Positions 37,455 to 47,559 of a stretch of 64,000 nucleotides of DNA are shown here, in pieces (position 1 is the stretch's first letter; every line of letters starts with the position of its first letter). This stretch comes from a virus, in the IMG/VR virus record IMGVR_UViG_3300009370_001603, positions 58,519-122,518 of that record. One strand, given 5' to 3'. The translations under genes were made by a program, and so were the position numbers. Under the pieces are notes generated by a model, which ran no database searches, was not told the origin of the DNA, and saw only the letters and a list, made by a program, of their open reading frames with translations.

Positions 37455-40082
37455 TTAAGATCCGTCGCCGGAGCAACTCACAAAAACAGGTCTATTTTCT
37501 CCATTTACTCTTGCTGTTACAACAAACGCTGCTCCACCATCGGCGCCGGGACCATGAATATCTAGTTTCGAGTCTCTATTCGTTACCCACACTAAGCCAT
37601 CCGTGCCGTATCCTTGCTGATACGTTTGAGTTCTCATTAGTCCGCTAGTTGGGGAACCATAACTAGATGGTGCGTAAATATAATCTACCATAAAACCTTC
37701 GTAATGGCCAAACCAAGTGTCCATCCCCTGCTCGTCTCTTCGTATATAGTCTCCAGAATTCTGGACTCTAGCAACGGTTACATCATTATCAAACCAAGTT
37801 TGTACATTTTCAGTATCGCTATGTCCGGTAAGGTCAACATCTCTTCTGACCTCAAGGGGCGCTTGTGGGGAGAGTCTAGCATCTCCTATGGAGATCATCC
37901 TTCTACCATGATTTCCAGCTATAACATTTTGTATATTTATTCTAGCATTTACGTCTCCACTAGCGTATAATAGCCTTTGATTATTATTTAGACCTGTAAC
38001 AATTTCTATATTGTTATTTCCGCCAAGTGAATCGTGACCCGGAGTGTCAATCCCATTCAGGGCATTCTCGCCTATGCCTATACAGTTTCTATTGCCTGAG
38101 CTATTTAAGCCAGCACTCGACCCTATGAAGATAGAATCGGAAGACTGGTCTGCATTCTTTCCTGCGCTAGTACCAATCGCAATTGTATTTTCTAAATCAT
38201 CACAGTCGTAGCCCGCCTGATGCCCAATGAAGATCGGTGATGTGGAGGTTGCTAAACTAGTATTTGCAGTAGTACTATACGCTCCGGCTTGCGTGCCCAA
38301 AAATACGCCGTTCTTCCAGCCGGTAGATTCAACTCCCACCTCACATCCGATAAATACCGTACCAGAATTATTGACAACATCAATTCTTGATTCAGATTCT
38401 ATATCAGACCATACAAGGTTGCAATTCTCAGAAACGCTTGCGTAACCGCTGGAAACATAGGAAGCAAGGGCTTCTATACTAATCTTCCCAACCATCCTAT
38501 TGCTTCCCTCAGCAACTTCTAGAGGAAGATAGCTAGTCCCAGCATCTATACTGGAAGTAAGAGAAGAAGCTAGAGAAAGTTCACTGAAGTCTAATACGAG
38601 AAAGGTAGTATTTGCAGTGGTTCTTTTGTCGATGCCCGATGTTGCTGCTATTTGAAGATCTTCGGCAGAATCTAAAACCGTTCCGTTTGAAAACCTTATA
38701 GCGCCCAATAGTTTAATGTCACCGCTAACGGCAACGTAAGGCGTATCGTACTCAGGTAGAACAAAGCTCGGACTTGTGTTTGGAACTTCGCCACTTGGAA
38801 CAAAATCCACAAGAGTTTGGTTGTCATCAAACCTATTAGCAAACCTAAGAGATGCCATCCCTCTATGCTGTAAAGCCGAAACGGTATCCTTAAACTTGAG
38901 CACACCCACATTAACAAGGCCAAGATCAGTTGACTCTGCGGAATCAGTGAAAATCACTTGATTAGACTCACTGTCCACAGAGAAAAAGGCTCTATCATCA
39001 GCTGTCGCCACCACAGATAGGGATCTACTGTTTGTACCGCCAAGGCCCGCTTTTATCACTGGGTGCTCACCGTGACCAATTAATAAGGTATATTCATCTA
39101 ACTGTAGGTCTTGAGCTAGTGAGGTTCCTATAAGTATATTGTGTGAGAATATACTTCCCTGTTGCAGGGGTGACGCAATGGTTGGTGTTAGGTTTCTAGA
39201 ACCTAATATGGTCATAAATGAAGCATTGTTGTTAGTAAGGTTGCTATGACCCACTATGGTGTTCTCTGCCCCGCTGTCTACACCGCTACCGGCATAACAT
39301 CCAACCAGAGTGTTGTCATCACCCGTACTTAACCTATAACCGGCAGCAAAGCCATATACAGTATCGCAGGATAACGCAGCGTTGTCATTACAGCCAAAAG
39401 AAGATAAGGGGGCGTACAAGCCACCAAACGTATTGTTGCCGTCGGTCTTTAGGAAGCCGCTGGGGTGTGAAAGATTAAACTCTTTTCCAGCGTCGTCTAA
39501 GAAGAATAGGCTTTGCCGCTCAGAACAGCCAACGTCAGGTTTGACATATATTTTCCCAAATGAAGACGTGTTAGTGGGAGTACTAGCCTGCTCTTTTAGG
39601 GCTATCGTTCCACTATTGGTAGTACCGCCATGCCAGATTGTGAGCGGTGAATTTGGGGTGAATTTTCTTGAGGATTGAAATTTAGTAGTACCAATGCCCA
39701 CGAAGTTGTTGCTCGTGACGGACATAAATCCAGATTCTACGCCGCCGCAACCACTGGGTCTTATTGAAGAAAAATCTATGTAGCTATCTGTGGGTGAATA
39801 TGATATCTGAAGACCTGAAGCTTTAGCGTTTCCATTAGAGAGTAACTCAAGACTACTCTTTTCTAAGTCCAAGCTAGAAAACCTGATATTAGATTCCCCA
39901 GAGGACTGAACATTGAAAACTGTTTCTGGTAATATCGGATGGGCGTTTTCCGCGTGGGGCATATTGGTAACACCCACCAATCCGGATGGATGAGATCCAA
40001 TAAAACCATTCCTCATAACGGTCAGAGCTTCAAGTATGCCAGTCTGCCCATCATGTATGTGTAGTGAAAATCTGTCTTTCAT
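37455..40082 (-). CDS. Fibre-like protein with YadA-head-like repeats
   Basis: 875 aa; NTLVGCYAG, SIFIGSSAG, FVGIGT motifs. Confidence 0.7.
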   Translation of the reverse strand: MKDRFSLHIHDGQTGILEALTVMRNGFIGSHPSGLVGVTNMPHAENAHPILPETVFNVQSSGESNIRFSSLDLEKSSLELLSNGNAKASGLQISYSPTDSYIDFSSIRPSGCGGVESGFMSVTSNNFVGIGTTKFQSSRKFTPNSPLTIWHGGTTNSGTIALKEQASTPTNTSSFGKIYVKPDVGCSERQSLFFLDDAGKEFNLSHPSGFLKTDGNNTFGGLYAPLSSFGCNDNAALSCDTVYGFAAGYRLSTGDDNTLVGCYAGSGVDSGAENTIVGHSNLTNNNASFMTILGSRNLTPTIASPLQQGSIFSHNILIGTSLAQDLQLDEYTLLIGHGEHPVIKAGLGGTNSRSLSVVATADDRAFFSVDSESNQVIFTDSAESTDLGLVNVGVLKFKDTVSALQHRGMASLRFANRFDDNQTLVDFVPSGEVPNTSPSFVLPEYDTPYVAVSGDIKLLGAIRFSNGTVLDSAEDLQIAATSGIDKRTTANTTFLVLDFSELSLASSLTSSIDAGTSYLPLEVAEGSNRMVGKISIEALASYVSSGYASVSENCNLVWSDIESESRIDVVNNSGTVFIGCEVGVESTGWKNGVFLGTQAGAYSTTANTSLATSTSPIFIGHQAGYDCDDLENTIAIGTSAGKNADQSSDSIFIGSSAGLNSSGNRNCIGIGENALNGIDTPGHDSLGGNNNIEIVTGLNNNQRLLYASGDVNARINIQNVIAGNHGRRMISIGDARLSPQAPLEVRRDVDLTGHSDTENVQTWFDNDVTVARVQNSGDYIRRDEQGMDTWFGHYEGFMVDYIYAPSSYGSPTSGLMRTQTYQQGYGTDGLVWVTNRDSKLDIHGPGADGGAAFVVTARVNGENRPVFVSCSGDGS

Positions 40083-40102
40083 CTAATGTGCCTTTTTAGT
40101 TA

Positions 40103-41737
40103 TTATCCCGGTAATGGAAAACTAGCCATAGAGTTGTTACTGTCACAATTAACTGCCTCTGTATCCATCTCATCGTGATAGACCCAGCTAAAACCTCGTA
40201 AAGTATTACAGCTTTTTACTCTAGACGCAAATTGATTAGAAATTTGTACACCAGAGTCCACGCTCCCGAAGAGAACGGATAGGTCGTGCCCACTGGGGTT
40301 TCCATCAATAAGGTAATCGCCCGAAGGGGACAAGAAATCAACATCTTTACTGCAATAGCCGCTGTCTATGATTCCTAACGGACCAAAACCTAAATTATTT
40401 CCTGAGTCTAGGAAGTTAGTTCTTATACCAATGCCAAAACATCCGCTTTGAGTTACTAAGGATAGCCTATCTCTTGGTCCTAAAACCCTCTCAGTTTGTA
40501 CATGTCTACCTGAATCTACTTCTATAGAAACGTTTGACTGCCATCTAGCTCTGGAATAATGATCGTCTACCTCTAGTGCGCAAGAATTAATTGTTTGATC
40601 TGGAAATCTAAATAGGAATTTATAGTCTCTTTGATAATCGGCCCCGCTAGAGTGTATCTCAAATCCACCACCATCTATGGCCTCGTCACTTAAAAAACCA
40701 CATATGCCATCGTTGTGGAAGCCCAAATCTTCTGGATCACAGAAACCGCTGGTGGCTAAATGTAGTGTCTTGCAGTCATAGAGGCATTCATTGATATGGT
40801 TGTAATTAACATCATTTGCGTGAAGCTGTCCGCTAATAACAACGTCGTTAAACCACCCATCCCATCTTAAGTGTTTATGGCCTAAAGAGTATAATGCATC
40901 TTCTTGGGGTACAACATGACCTTTAATGGTCATTATGCCGTGATCACCAGAGGGGCTATCTGTGGCAACCCCAACCTTGCCTCCAGAGAAATATACAACC
41001 TCGTTCACAGAATTCCAAGCGTAATCAGATATACCAATATTTCCATCACCACTGATCAGTGGGGTTATATCTCCAGATACTTGGAGGGTGCCGCCATCTG
41101 TGTGCGTGGAATTTACAGCGACACCAAGTCTTAGATTGTCTAATTCGCCGTATAAAAGCGGTCTTTTGCCAGAGTTGGCAACGATGTCACAGGTAGCGTC
41201 AGAGTCAAAGCCCGGATAGACACCTAAGTAAAATTTATTGTCAGTATTTGAATCAACAAAGTGGCCAGCACCGTGGCCTATTGCTATATTAAAATCTCCA
41301 TTTTTGTTTGACAGTAAAGAGAAGTTACCTAAGCCTATGTTCCCAGAGCCATTTACATTGCCACCCAAGGCATTAAGGCCGACAGCGACATTGTGGGTAC
41401 CCTGTAGATTGCACCCTAAAGCATAAGACCCAAGGGCGGTGTTTCCGCTACTTGCATAGTTGGCCCCTAAAGAATAATAGCCATAAGCCGTATTGTCAAT
41501 ACTGAGCCTATTTGCTAGGTGTATTTTACCTAGAGCAAGATCTCCCCCTTTAGTCGTCCTGAAATCAGGAGTGGCGAAATTGGAGGTTGCAATTTTCTTT
41601 CCATCCAGAAAGAGATGGACAGAATCTATCAGGTCAATCAGGCTTTCCCTGAGATCTTCTGGGGAAATCTGCTGAGTTGCATTGTCTGGTAATAGACCCT
41701 GTATTTTTGAGATGTACTCAGACTTTGATAGAATCAT
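40103..41737 (-). CDS. Fibre-like protein with YadA-head-like repeats
   Basis: 544 aa; NTAYG, NTALGSYAL, NVAVGLNAL, NIAIGHGAG. Confidence 0.7.
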   Translation of the reverse strand: MILSKSEYISKIQGLLPDNATQQISPEDLRESLIDLIDSVHLFLDGKKIATSNFATPDFRTTKGGDLALGKIHLANRLSIDNTAYGYYSLGANYASSGNTALGSYALGCNLQGTHNVAVGLNALGGNVNGSGNIGLGNFSLLSNKNGDFNIAIGHGAGHFVDSNTDNKFYLGVYPGFDSDATCDIVANSGKRPLLYGELDNLRLGVAVNSTHTDGGTLQVSGDITPLISGDGNIGISDYAWNSVNEVVYFSGGKVGVATDSPSGDHGIMTIKGHVVPQEDALYSLGHKHLRWDGWFNDVVISGQLHANDVNYNHINECLYDCKTLHLATSGFCDPEDLGFHNDGICGFLSDEAIDGGGFEIHSSGADYQRDYKFLFRFPDQTINSCALEVDDHYSRARWQSNVSIEVDSGRHVQTERVLGPRDRLSLVTQSGCFGIGIRTNFLDSGNNLGFGPLGIIDSGYCSKDVDFLSPSGDYLIDGNPSGHDLSVLFGSVDSGVQISNQFASRVKSCNTLRGFSWVYHDEMDTEAVNCDSNNSMASFPLPG

Positions 41738-41756
41738 TTATACAGCCTTTATTGAT

Positions 41757-42275
41757 TTATTTAAAGCTAATTTGCAAAGTTGAAACATCAAACTTCACGG
41801 TATCACCAGCATATATTACTCGCGGGTTATCTAGAGCGGCGTGCATTAATAGGTTTCCAGTTCCATATTCTCCAGAATCGACAATAGCAATTCCAGAAAC
41901 CCATCCCCAGTCCACTAACGCGGCAGAACCCTCACCAGCGTCAAACAAAAAGGAATCAGTATTTTTTATTAGCCCACTTCCAGCCGCGTGGTCATCTGCG
42001 TGGTAGGTCCATTTTCCATTTCCAGCCGTTGCTGGTACACCAAGGTCTAGCCGTCTGTAACCAGTATCGTTACCATTTGCATCCCCAGAGGGAAGTTCTG
42101 GTAGTAAGGTTGCATCATAAGTTCCACCCTTTTGGTAGTGCGAAACTCCAGTATTTGCATCGCTTGGAACACCGCTAGTTAGCGCGATAGCTACATTTAG
42201 CGGTTTCGAGAAGGTTTCACCCCTGAAAATGTGGTGTAATAGTCCAGATTCAAGATAATCTGATAAAGCTGCCAT
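41757..42275 (-). CDS. Small virion structural protein
   Basis: MAALSDYLE..LL.H.FRG..IAL..F..A..DWGWVSGIAIVDS..GNLL..AL..I..GD..F is a common phage structural family pattern. Follows the capsid gene and has its own late motif. Confidence 0.65.
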   Translation of the reverse strand: MAALSDYLESGLLHHIFRGETFSKPLNVAIALTSGVPSDANTGVSHYQKGGTYDATLLPELPSGDANGNDTGYRRLDLGVPATAGNGKWTYHADDHAAGSGLIKNTDSFLFDAGEGSAALVDWGWVSGIAIVDSGEYGTGNLLMHAALDNPRVIYAGDTVKFDVSTLQISFK

Positions 42276-42325
42276 AGTTTAACTCCTAGTATTAGTCCTT
42301 AAATTGAGGTTTTAAATTATATAGT

Positions 42326-42334
42326 ATTATACAC
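42326..42334 (-). promoter_or_regulatory. Late promoter motif GTGTATAAT
   Basis: Directly after the capsid terminator, upstream of 42275. Confidence 0.6.
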
Positions 42335-42373
42335 AAAAAAGAGCCACTCCCAAGAAAATGGAAGTGACTCTTT
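42335..42373 (-). terminator. Rho-independent terminator after major capsid gene
   Basis: Minus strand: AAAGAGTCACTTCC-ATTTTCTT-GGGAGTGGCTC followed by TTTTTT. Confidence 0.8.
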
Positions 42374-42402
42374 AGAGGTAACGGTGACTATGCTAACTCG
42401 TG

Positions 42403-43416
42403 TTAGAACGAACCAAGGATAACTCGTCTGTTATCCAGTACGCCAAATCCAAGTTCAGCAAAACCGTAGTAACCAGCTCGTTGCTGACGATGAAGCGTAG
42501 GATCTTCAAAAATCTCTACATTTTGCTTCATTGGCATGATAAAGCTGTCATTTGCAGCCTGATCGATACCAACAACAAGCTCAAGGTCAGCGGATTGAAC
42601 AGAACCGCCAAGGCCGTCTGACGCTGAGAAGAAAGTCTGGTATTCTTGACCTTCTCCAAGTTCATCGAGATCATGCAAATTCACACCAAAGATTCGTGTG
42701 ATTGGAGCACCGCCTTCAGAAGCGGTGTAGATTTCTCGACGGGTTACTTCGTCAATCTGATCAAGACCCCAGTTACGGACATCTTCAAGAGCCTCTGGTG
42801 AGACGTAAAGATCAGTAAGACGACCGCGATTAGCCGATCCAGTGTTACCGCCCGCATTTCGTCGCATAACAGTCTGCATCAGGGAAACTAATCGCTTGCT
42901 AAACATTCCAGCCGTGGCATCGCCATCGTAGACCAGAATGTTACGATCAACGCCAGCAGCAAGAATAGTATGCCAACCGTCGTCATTCATCTTCTTGACG
43001 AAACCGGCTTCTAGAACCTGCATTGCGCGACCAACAATATCCCAACGAGCCTCACGAGCATAACGAAGCAAGTAATCAATACTCGAAGTGATGCTGTAGG
43101 TTGGGATCATGACATAATCGCTCTCTACCGCTCGTTCCGGTACGCGACCATGACCCGGATTGGTATAAGCTACGTGCTCACCCTCAAGTCCGGGAGAAAT
43201 CAAGTCAAGTGGATACTCCGTAGAGGCTCCCGGCTCAACATTGATAGTTTCAAAAATATCACCAAGGATATTTCCGACAAGAACGCCTTTTCGCAAAGGA
43301 AGTTCTAATGCTTTAGCGAATTCACGCTGTGCGGCGTATGCGACATTTTGATCGCTATCGCCCGATTTTTTAAGCAACGAAATAAATTCATCGCTTGGTC
43401 TTTCTGTAAGTGACAT
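42403..43416 (-). CDS. Major capsid protein (HK97-fold, inferred)
   Basis: 337 aa from MSLTERPS with AAGGAG RBS (the track's upstream extension is unlikely). Follows portal, protease and decoration genes; ends in a terminator. Confidence 0.85.
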   Translation of the reverse strand: MSLTERPSDEFISLLKKSGDSDQNVAYAAQREFAKALELPLRKGVLVGNILGDIFETINVEPGASTEYPLDLISPGLEGEHVAYTNPGHGRVPERAVESDYVMIPTYSITSSIDYLLRYAREARWDIVGRAMQVLEAGFVKKMNDDGWHTILAAGVDRNILVYDGDATAGMFSKRLVSLMQTVMRRNAGGNTGSANRGRLTDLYVSPEALEDVRNWGLDQIDEVTRREIYTASEGGAPITRIFGVNLHDLDELGEGQEYQTFFSASDGLGGSVQSADLELVVGIDQAANDSFIMPMKQNVEIFEDPTLHRQQRAGYYGFAELGFGVLDNRRVILGSF

Positions 43417-43441
43417 ATTATTATCTCCTTTATTTGGGCGA

Positions 43442-43945
43442 TTAAGCGTTATGGGGAAGGTTGACGTATACTTTAGCATACCCATCTGCGTCTTTACGGG
43501 ACATAAAACGTCCGATGCAGAGAGCGCCTGAAGCACCCGTAAACAGGGTTGCATTAGTTATTGCGCCTGCGGTTGCATCCCCGACGCCTTCACCTACGGC
43601 ATAGGCTTTTTCGCCAGCCTTCGGTGTGCCTTCGAGGTTGTTCGTAACAACCCAGCCTTTAGTAAGTACTGTAACCTTGCCACCCTTTTGTACCTCGTCC
43701 TTGTATTGGTTGAGGTGGGTTCTGGTCAAGTCTTTATCGACAACATCGTTCAGAAGGATGCCGACTGGGATATCAAGTTTGGTCGCCGCTTTATAAGTGA
43801 CAAGGTTTTCGCCCTGATCCATTGCTGCACCAGAAGCTTGACCCTGATCTGCTAAAACAACAACGCCACCACGAGTGACCGCACCAGCATTGTAGAAAAA
43901 GCTGATATCTGTTGATTCTTCATATCTATCTGCTTTAAGAGCCAT
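43442..43945 (-). CDS. Capsid decoration/cement protein
   Basis: 167 aa, PVGILLND..KVTVLTKGWV..G...Y..IGRF; directly upstream of the capsid gene. Confidence 0.7.
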   Translation of the reverse strand: MALKADRYEESTDISFFYNAGAVTRGGVVVLADQGQASGAAMDQGENLVTYKAATKLDIPVGILLNDVVDKDLTRTHLNQYKDEVQKGGKVTVLTKGWVVTNNLEGTPKAGEKAYAVGEGVGDATAGAITNATLFTGASGALCIGRFMSRKDADGYAKVYVNLPHNA

Positions 43946-43965
43946 GATTATAATCTCCTGTTAAA

Positions 43966-45414
43966 TTACTTGTTAAGTACGTGATTTTCTAACCAGCTAG
44001 AAACACTAGCTCTGGTTGCTTCCATTTCATCTTCAACTTCGGCTTCGACCAAAGTGGCTTCCGACGTTTCGACTTCTTCGAAAGCTTCCTGAGTAATTTC
44101 AGCTTCAGCTTCCTCTTCAGTTTCAGTTTCAGCTTCTTCTGCTTTAACATCATCTTCCTTCTTTTCGTCCTTTTTGTCGTCCTTCTTTTTCTTATCGAAC
44201 CATTTTGCAACAATGGCGTTGAACGCTTCGTCGCTAAGGGCCGCATAAAGTTCGAGGGACTCTTCAGCTTCTTCGTCTTCAAAGCCAGCCTCAACAAGTG
44301 AAGTCTTTCTTTGTTCCGCTTTCTCTTTCAGTCTCATGTCTTCCATTTCTTTCATGGAAACAGCGAGTTCTTCTTGAGATTGAGCCAGAGCATCTTCAAG
44401 TTCAGCAACGCGAGCCTGTGTGCTCTTAATGCTTTCTTCTAATTCTGCAATACTTGCATCCTTATCTTGAATTGTGCCTTCAAATGCCTCAATCGTAGAG
44501 GCAAATTCATTATCTTTAGCTTCTTCGATTTTTGCTTTAATAGCTTCATTTTCTGCTTTCGAGGCAGTGAGTTCTGCACGAACTTCTTCCAACTGCTTCT
44601 CCAAAAGATTATCAGCCATGGTAAAATCTCCTATATTAAAATTAGAGTTGTGATCTACGTCAAACGCGACAGATTTTAAAATTATACTTCTTGGGTTCGC
44701 GGGTTTGGCCACCAAGCCTTTACCTGAAAAAGAAATATTCTTTAAGGCTCTACCCACTTTGTAACCTTCATATTCTCCATTTCCTCCATAAGATCTTAGG
44801 TGTTTAGTCAGAAATGCTGACTCCTCGTCTCTAGCTAAAATCTTGGCACTTCCTTCTTTGTCAATCAAAGCGTAATCAAAACCAGCAAATAGGCATTCCA
44901 TAGAAACGTACCATTTGCCATCTTTGATTTCAGCTATAATTTTACTCATTCTTTCTTGATTCTCTAGGCCGGTCCAGCTGTTGTATAAAACAGCCTGAGT
45001 TACAATGTCGAACTCGTCCGGCATCTGAGCATCGTCAGCTACGGTCTTCCCGTCTTTACTTAAAACATAGCTCCCGGTAATATGGCCGATGATATCATTT
45101 TCATCGTGCATAAAGTTAAATTGTTTATCTTCGGGAGTGTCTCTAGCTTCCCAAGTCGCCTTGGAGAGGAATACATCATCATTCTTATTCCACCCAGTGG
45201 AAACCAGTACGGATTCTAAGTAGTATAGATCTATCTGGTCTTTATTCTCCGCTAGGATTTTATCAAGTATTTCTTTGTCTGATATGACATCCTTCGCAGC
45301 ATTTACGTCGCCCTGATGAAGCGTTGCTTCCGCACAATAGGCGACACTAGCGGTACTTTTGACAAGATCGCCAACTCCATCGTCTATTTCTTTTTGATAT
45401 ATTTTTATAGTCAT
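43966..45414 (-). CDS. Prohead protease-scaffold fusion
   Basis: N-terminal NKNDDVF..FNFMH..IIGH..VSMEC..FSGKGLVAKPANPRS protease-like domain; C-terminal acidic coiled coil. Confidence 0.8.
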   Translation of the reverse strand: MTIKIYQKEIDDGVGDLVKSTASVAYCAEATLHQGDVNAAKDVISDKEILDKILAENKDQIDLYYLESVLVSTGWNKNDDVFLSKATWEARDTPEDKQFNFMHDENDIIGHITGSYVLSKDGKTVADDAQMPDEFDIVTQAVLYNSWTGLENQERMSKIIAEIKDGKWYVSMECLFAGFDYALIDKEGSAKILARDEESAFLTKHLRSYGGNGEYEGYKVGRALKNISFSGKGLVAKPANPRSIILKSVAFDVDHNSNFNIGDFTMADNLLEKQLEEVRAELTASKAENEAIKAKIEEAKDNEFASTIEAFEGTIQDKDASIAELEESIKSTQARVAELEDALAQSQEELAVSMKEMEDMRLKEKAEQRKTSLVEAGFEDEEAEESLELYAALSDEAFNAIVAKWFDKKKKDDKKDEKKEDDVKAEEAETETEEEAEAEITQEAFEEVETSEATLVEAEVEDEMEATRASVSSWLENHVLNK

Positions 45415-45430
45415 TTTAAAACCTCAAGAC

Positions 45431-45439
45431 ATTATACAC
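45431..45439 (-). promoter_or_regulatory. Late promoter motif GTGTATAAT
   Basis: Intergenic, 16 bp upstream of the protease ATG. Confidence 0.6.
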
Positions 45440-45470
45440 AAAAACTGAAAAAAAGTTAAAAAAACACTAT

Positions 45471-47498
45471 TTAACTTAAGTAAAAATCAACATAAATACT
45501 GATTATATGCTTTTTGTACGTTTCTACCGTCATCTTCTCTACGGAAACATTTTTAGATGCAAGAATCTTTCTAAAGTCCGATGGTGTGGGTTTGTTGCTA
45601 GCTAGTACCTTGTGTATGGCGGGCATGTTCACCTCTTGCATTGGTTCTAGATTCGTTAGAACTGAAAGTTTCAGGTCTTCTAGCTCCTTAAACTCCGCCT
45701 TGGTTAGCTGTCTCATGTTGTCCTTGCCCTTTACGCCAAGGTAGGCATCCGATATTTCAGCAACCTTGTCTAGGGCATCAGAAGTCCAAATAAACATTTC
45801 TGCAACTCCCGGTTTTGACTTCGGCGTATCCACCCTCTTCTTTCTAGGGCCATCGTCCTGCTTGAATGGGGGCCTCCCATTGTCCTTTTTCGGGTTTGGT
45901 TGGTCCGACCGTTTAGATTCTTCGTTTTTCTTATTGATGTCGCCCTGCTTGTCAATCTTCTCCATCTCTTTTTCATGGTTGGCATTGTGAAATGGACTTG
46001 CTTTTGGGGGGATCTTTTCAGAATCTCTATCTTTATCCTCTCTTTGTAGTCTGACTTTTTCGACGGCTGGGATCTCTTTGAACCTCTCCAGAACCGTCTC
46101 GTGGGAAATGATATCTCTATCTGCTAACTGAATTAGCAAATTTTTCTCTGAAGCTTCATCCGAAAGGCTCATCTGGTCGTATACGATATGAGCTGATTTC
46201 CTGAAGCCCATGGACTTTCTTATGTGCTCAAGTTCAACTTGCCAAAACTTAGTTAATTGATCTCTCCCGTACTGTAGTCTTTCGACCAATGTCTTCAGGG
46301 ATATAAAATTATTCGTAAACCCTCCGCTTTGACCAGCGATACCCGTTAAGGTTGGTGGAACGCCAAGGCCAGCATAGATACTGTTTAAAACAGATTGGTA
46401 TTTCTCTGAACCCAAGAATTTGTATACCTGACTATTGGACTCAGTGTAGCTCAACTCTGGACCCCAGACAAGTTCCATCGTTCCCCCTCCAACATTACTA
46501 GCAAGTATGTTTCTGAGTTTATTGATTACGGCCTTATTGGGGAGTATTTTATGGTCTAAGCTACCAATTGTCCAAAGTCTAATGTTTGATATGGCCCCGT
46601 CTAGAGCGGACAGGTCGGCTAGCTTCATCTTCTCTAGCATTATAATATCGTCTAGGATAGCATAGGTTAACGGATACGCCCACTGCTGCCAGTCGTCTTT
46701 TTTGTAGTAAAAGACAGATAGCCTTTCTTCATCTAGGTCTATCTTTCTTTTCCCAGTCTTAATTGCATTTTTAACGCTAGGGGGCAAAGTATCCATGATT
46801 TTAGCGGGGACGGTTCCGCCGTTTTTGAAATTATCGAAGAATGAGTTTGCTGTTAGCTCATAGTTTTTTCTGCCCAAGAAAAGGCTTATGTTGCCATCTT
46901 TCACATCAATGTTCAATGGGTTAAAAAAATTGTATCTCCAAGGAATCACATTTTGTTGAGTTATTGGTAAGTCAAGTCTTATGTCATGAGCCATTGACCT
47001 CATGTATTTTTTTATTTCGGGTGTTATCGCAGCGTTGCTTCTATAGGTAAATACCTGCCCCGTTTTGTATAGATTGTTAAGGAATCTTTCCGACCGCTCT
47101 TTTCCCCCCACCTTTTTGAACCATTGCTTGTAGAATTTTTCTACACTTTTGCTTTCATGTACAATATCTATCCCTTGACAGCCAAAATCACCCATTAAAT
47201 CTATTACATTTCTGACAATGCCTACTTTTTCATAGGCGTCCATACACATCTTGATGGCCCTCTTCTGTTTTTTGGGCGTGGCCTCGTTTGGTCTGAATGC
47301 GTAATAGTCGTTTGCTCCATATCCGGGCCTGACAGATCTATTTGACTCAATATCTAAAAAGTCTCTGTGATACCCCTTTGAGATGCCATCATAAGAGTCC
47401 AACGATTCAGAAAAACTCTCAAAAGCACGAGTTTTACTTGTTTGGTCCGTTTCGTTCCATGTTATGAATGAATCTTCTTTACGATCTTCTTTTGCCAT
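45471..47498 (-). CDS. Portal protein
   Basis: 675 aa between TerL and protease; VRNVIDLMGDF, IYAGLGVPPTL, LADRDIISHET are portal-like helical motifs. Confidence 0.85.
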   Translation of the reverse strand: MAKEDRKEDSFITWNETDQTSKTRAFESFSESLDSYDGISKGYHRDFLDIESNRSVRPGYGANDYYAFRPNEATPKKQKRAIKMCMDAYEKVGIVRNVIDLMGDFGCQGIDIVHESKSVEKFYKQWFKKVGGKERSERFLNNLYKTGQVFTYRSNAAITPEIKKYMRSMAHDIRLDLPITQQNVIPWRYNFFNPLNIDVKDGNISLFLGRKNYELTANSFFDNFKNGGTVPAKIMDTLPPSVKNAIKTGKRKIDLDEERLSVFYYKKDDWQQWAYPLTYAILDDIIMLEKMKLADLSALDGAISNIRLWTIGSLDHKILPNKAVINKLRNILASNVGGGTMELVWGPELSYTESNSQVYKFLGSEKYQSVLNSIYAGLGVPPTLTGIAGQSGGFTNNFISLKTLVERLQYGRDQLTKFWQVELEHIRKSMGFRKSAHIVYDQMSLSDEASEKNLLIQLADRDIISHETVLERFKEIPAVEKVRLQREDKDRDSEKIPPKASPFHNANHEKEMEKIDKQGDINKKNEESKRSDQPNPKKDNGRPPFKQDDGPRKKRVDTPKSKPGVAEMFIWTSDALDKVAEISDAYLGVKGKDNMRQLTKAEFKELEDLKLSVLTNLEPMQEVNMPAIHKVLASNKPTPSDFRKILASKNVSVEKMTVETYKKHIISIYVDFYLS

Positions 47499-47547
47499 TT
47501 TTTAACCCAGTCTTAAAGTAATTGGAATGTAATTGAAATGCTTTTAG

Positions 47548-47556
47548 ATTATACAC
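47548..47556 (-). promoter_or_regulatory. Late promoter motif GTGTATAAT
   Basis: Between the TerL stop and the portal ATG. Confidence 0.6.
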
Positions 47557-47559
47557 CAA

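Noticed and set aside
17729-41737. Diversity-generating retroelement or invertible fibre cassette
   Set aside because: No reverse transcriptase or invertase in the window, and no template/variable repeat pair or inverted gene segments noticed.
43417-43554. N-terminal extension of the major capsid ORF
   Set aside because: Overlaps the decoration gene; the strong AAGGAG RBS marks ATG 43416.
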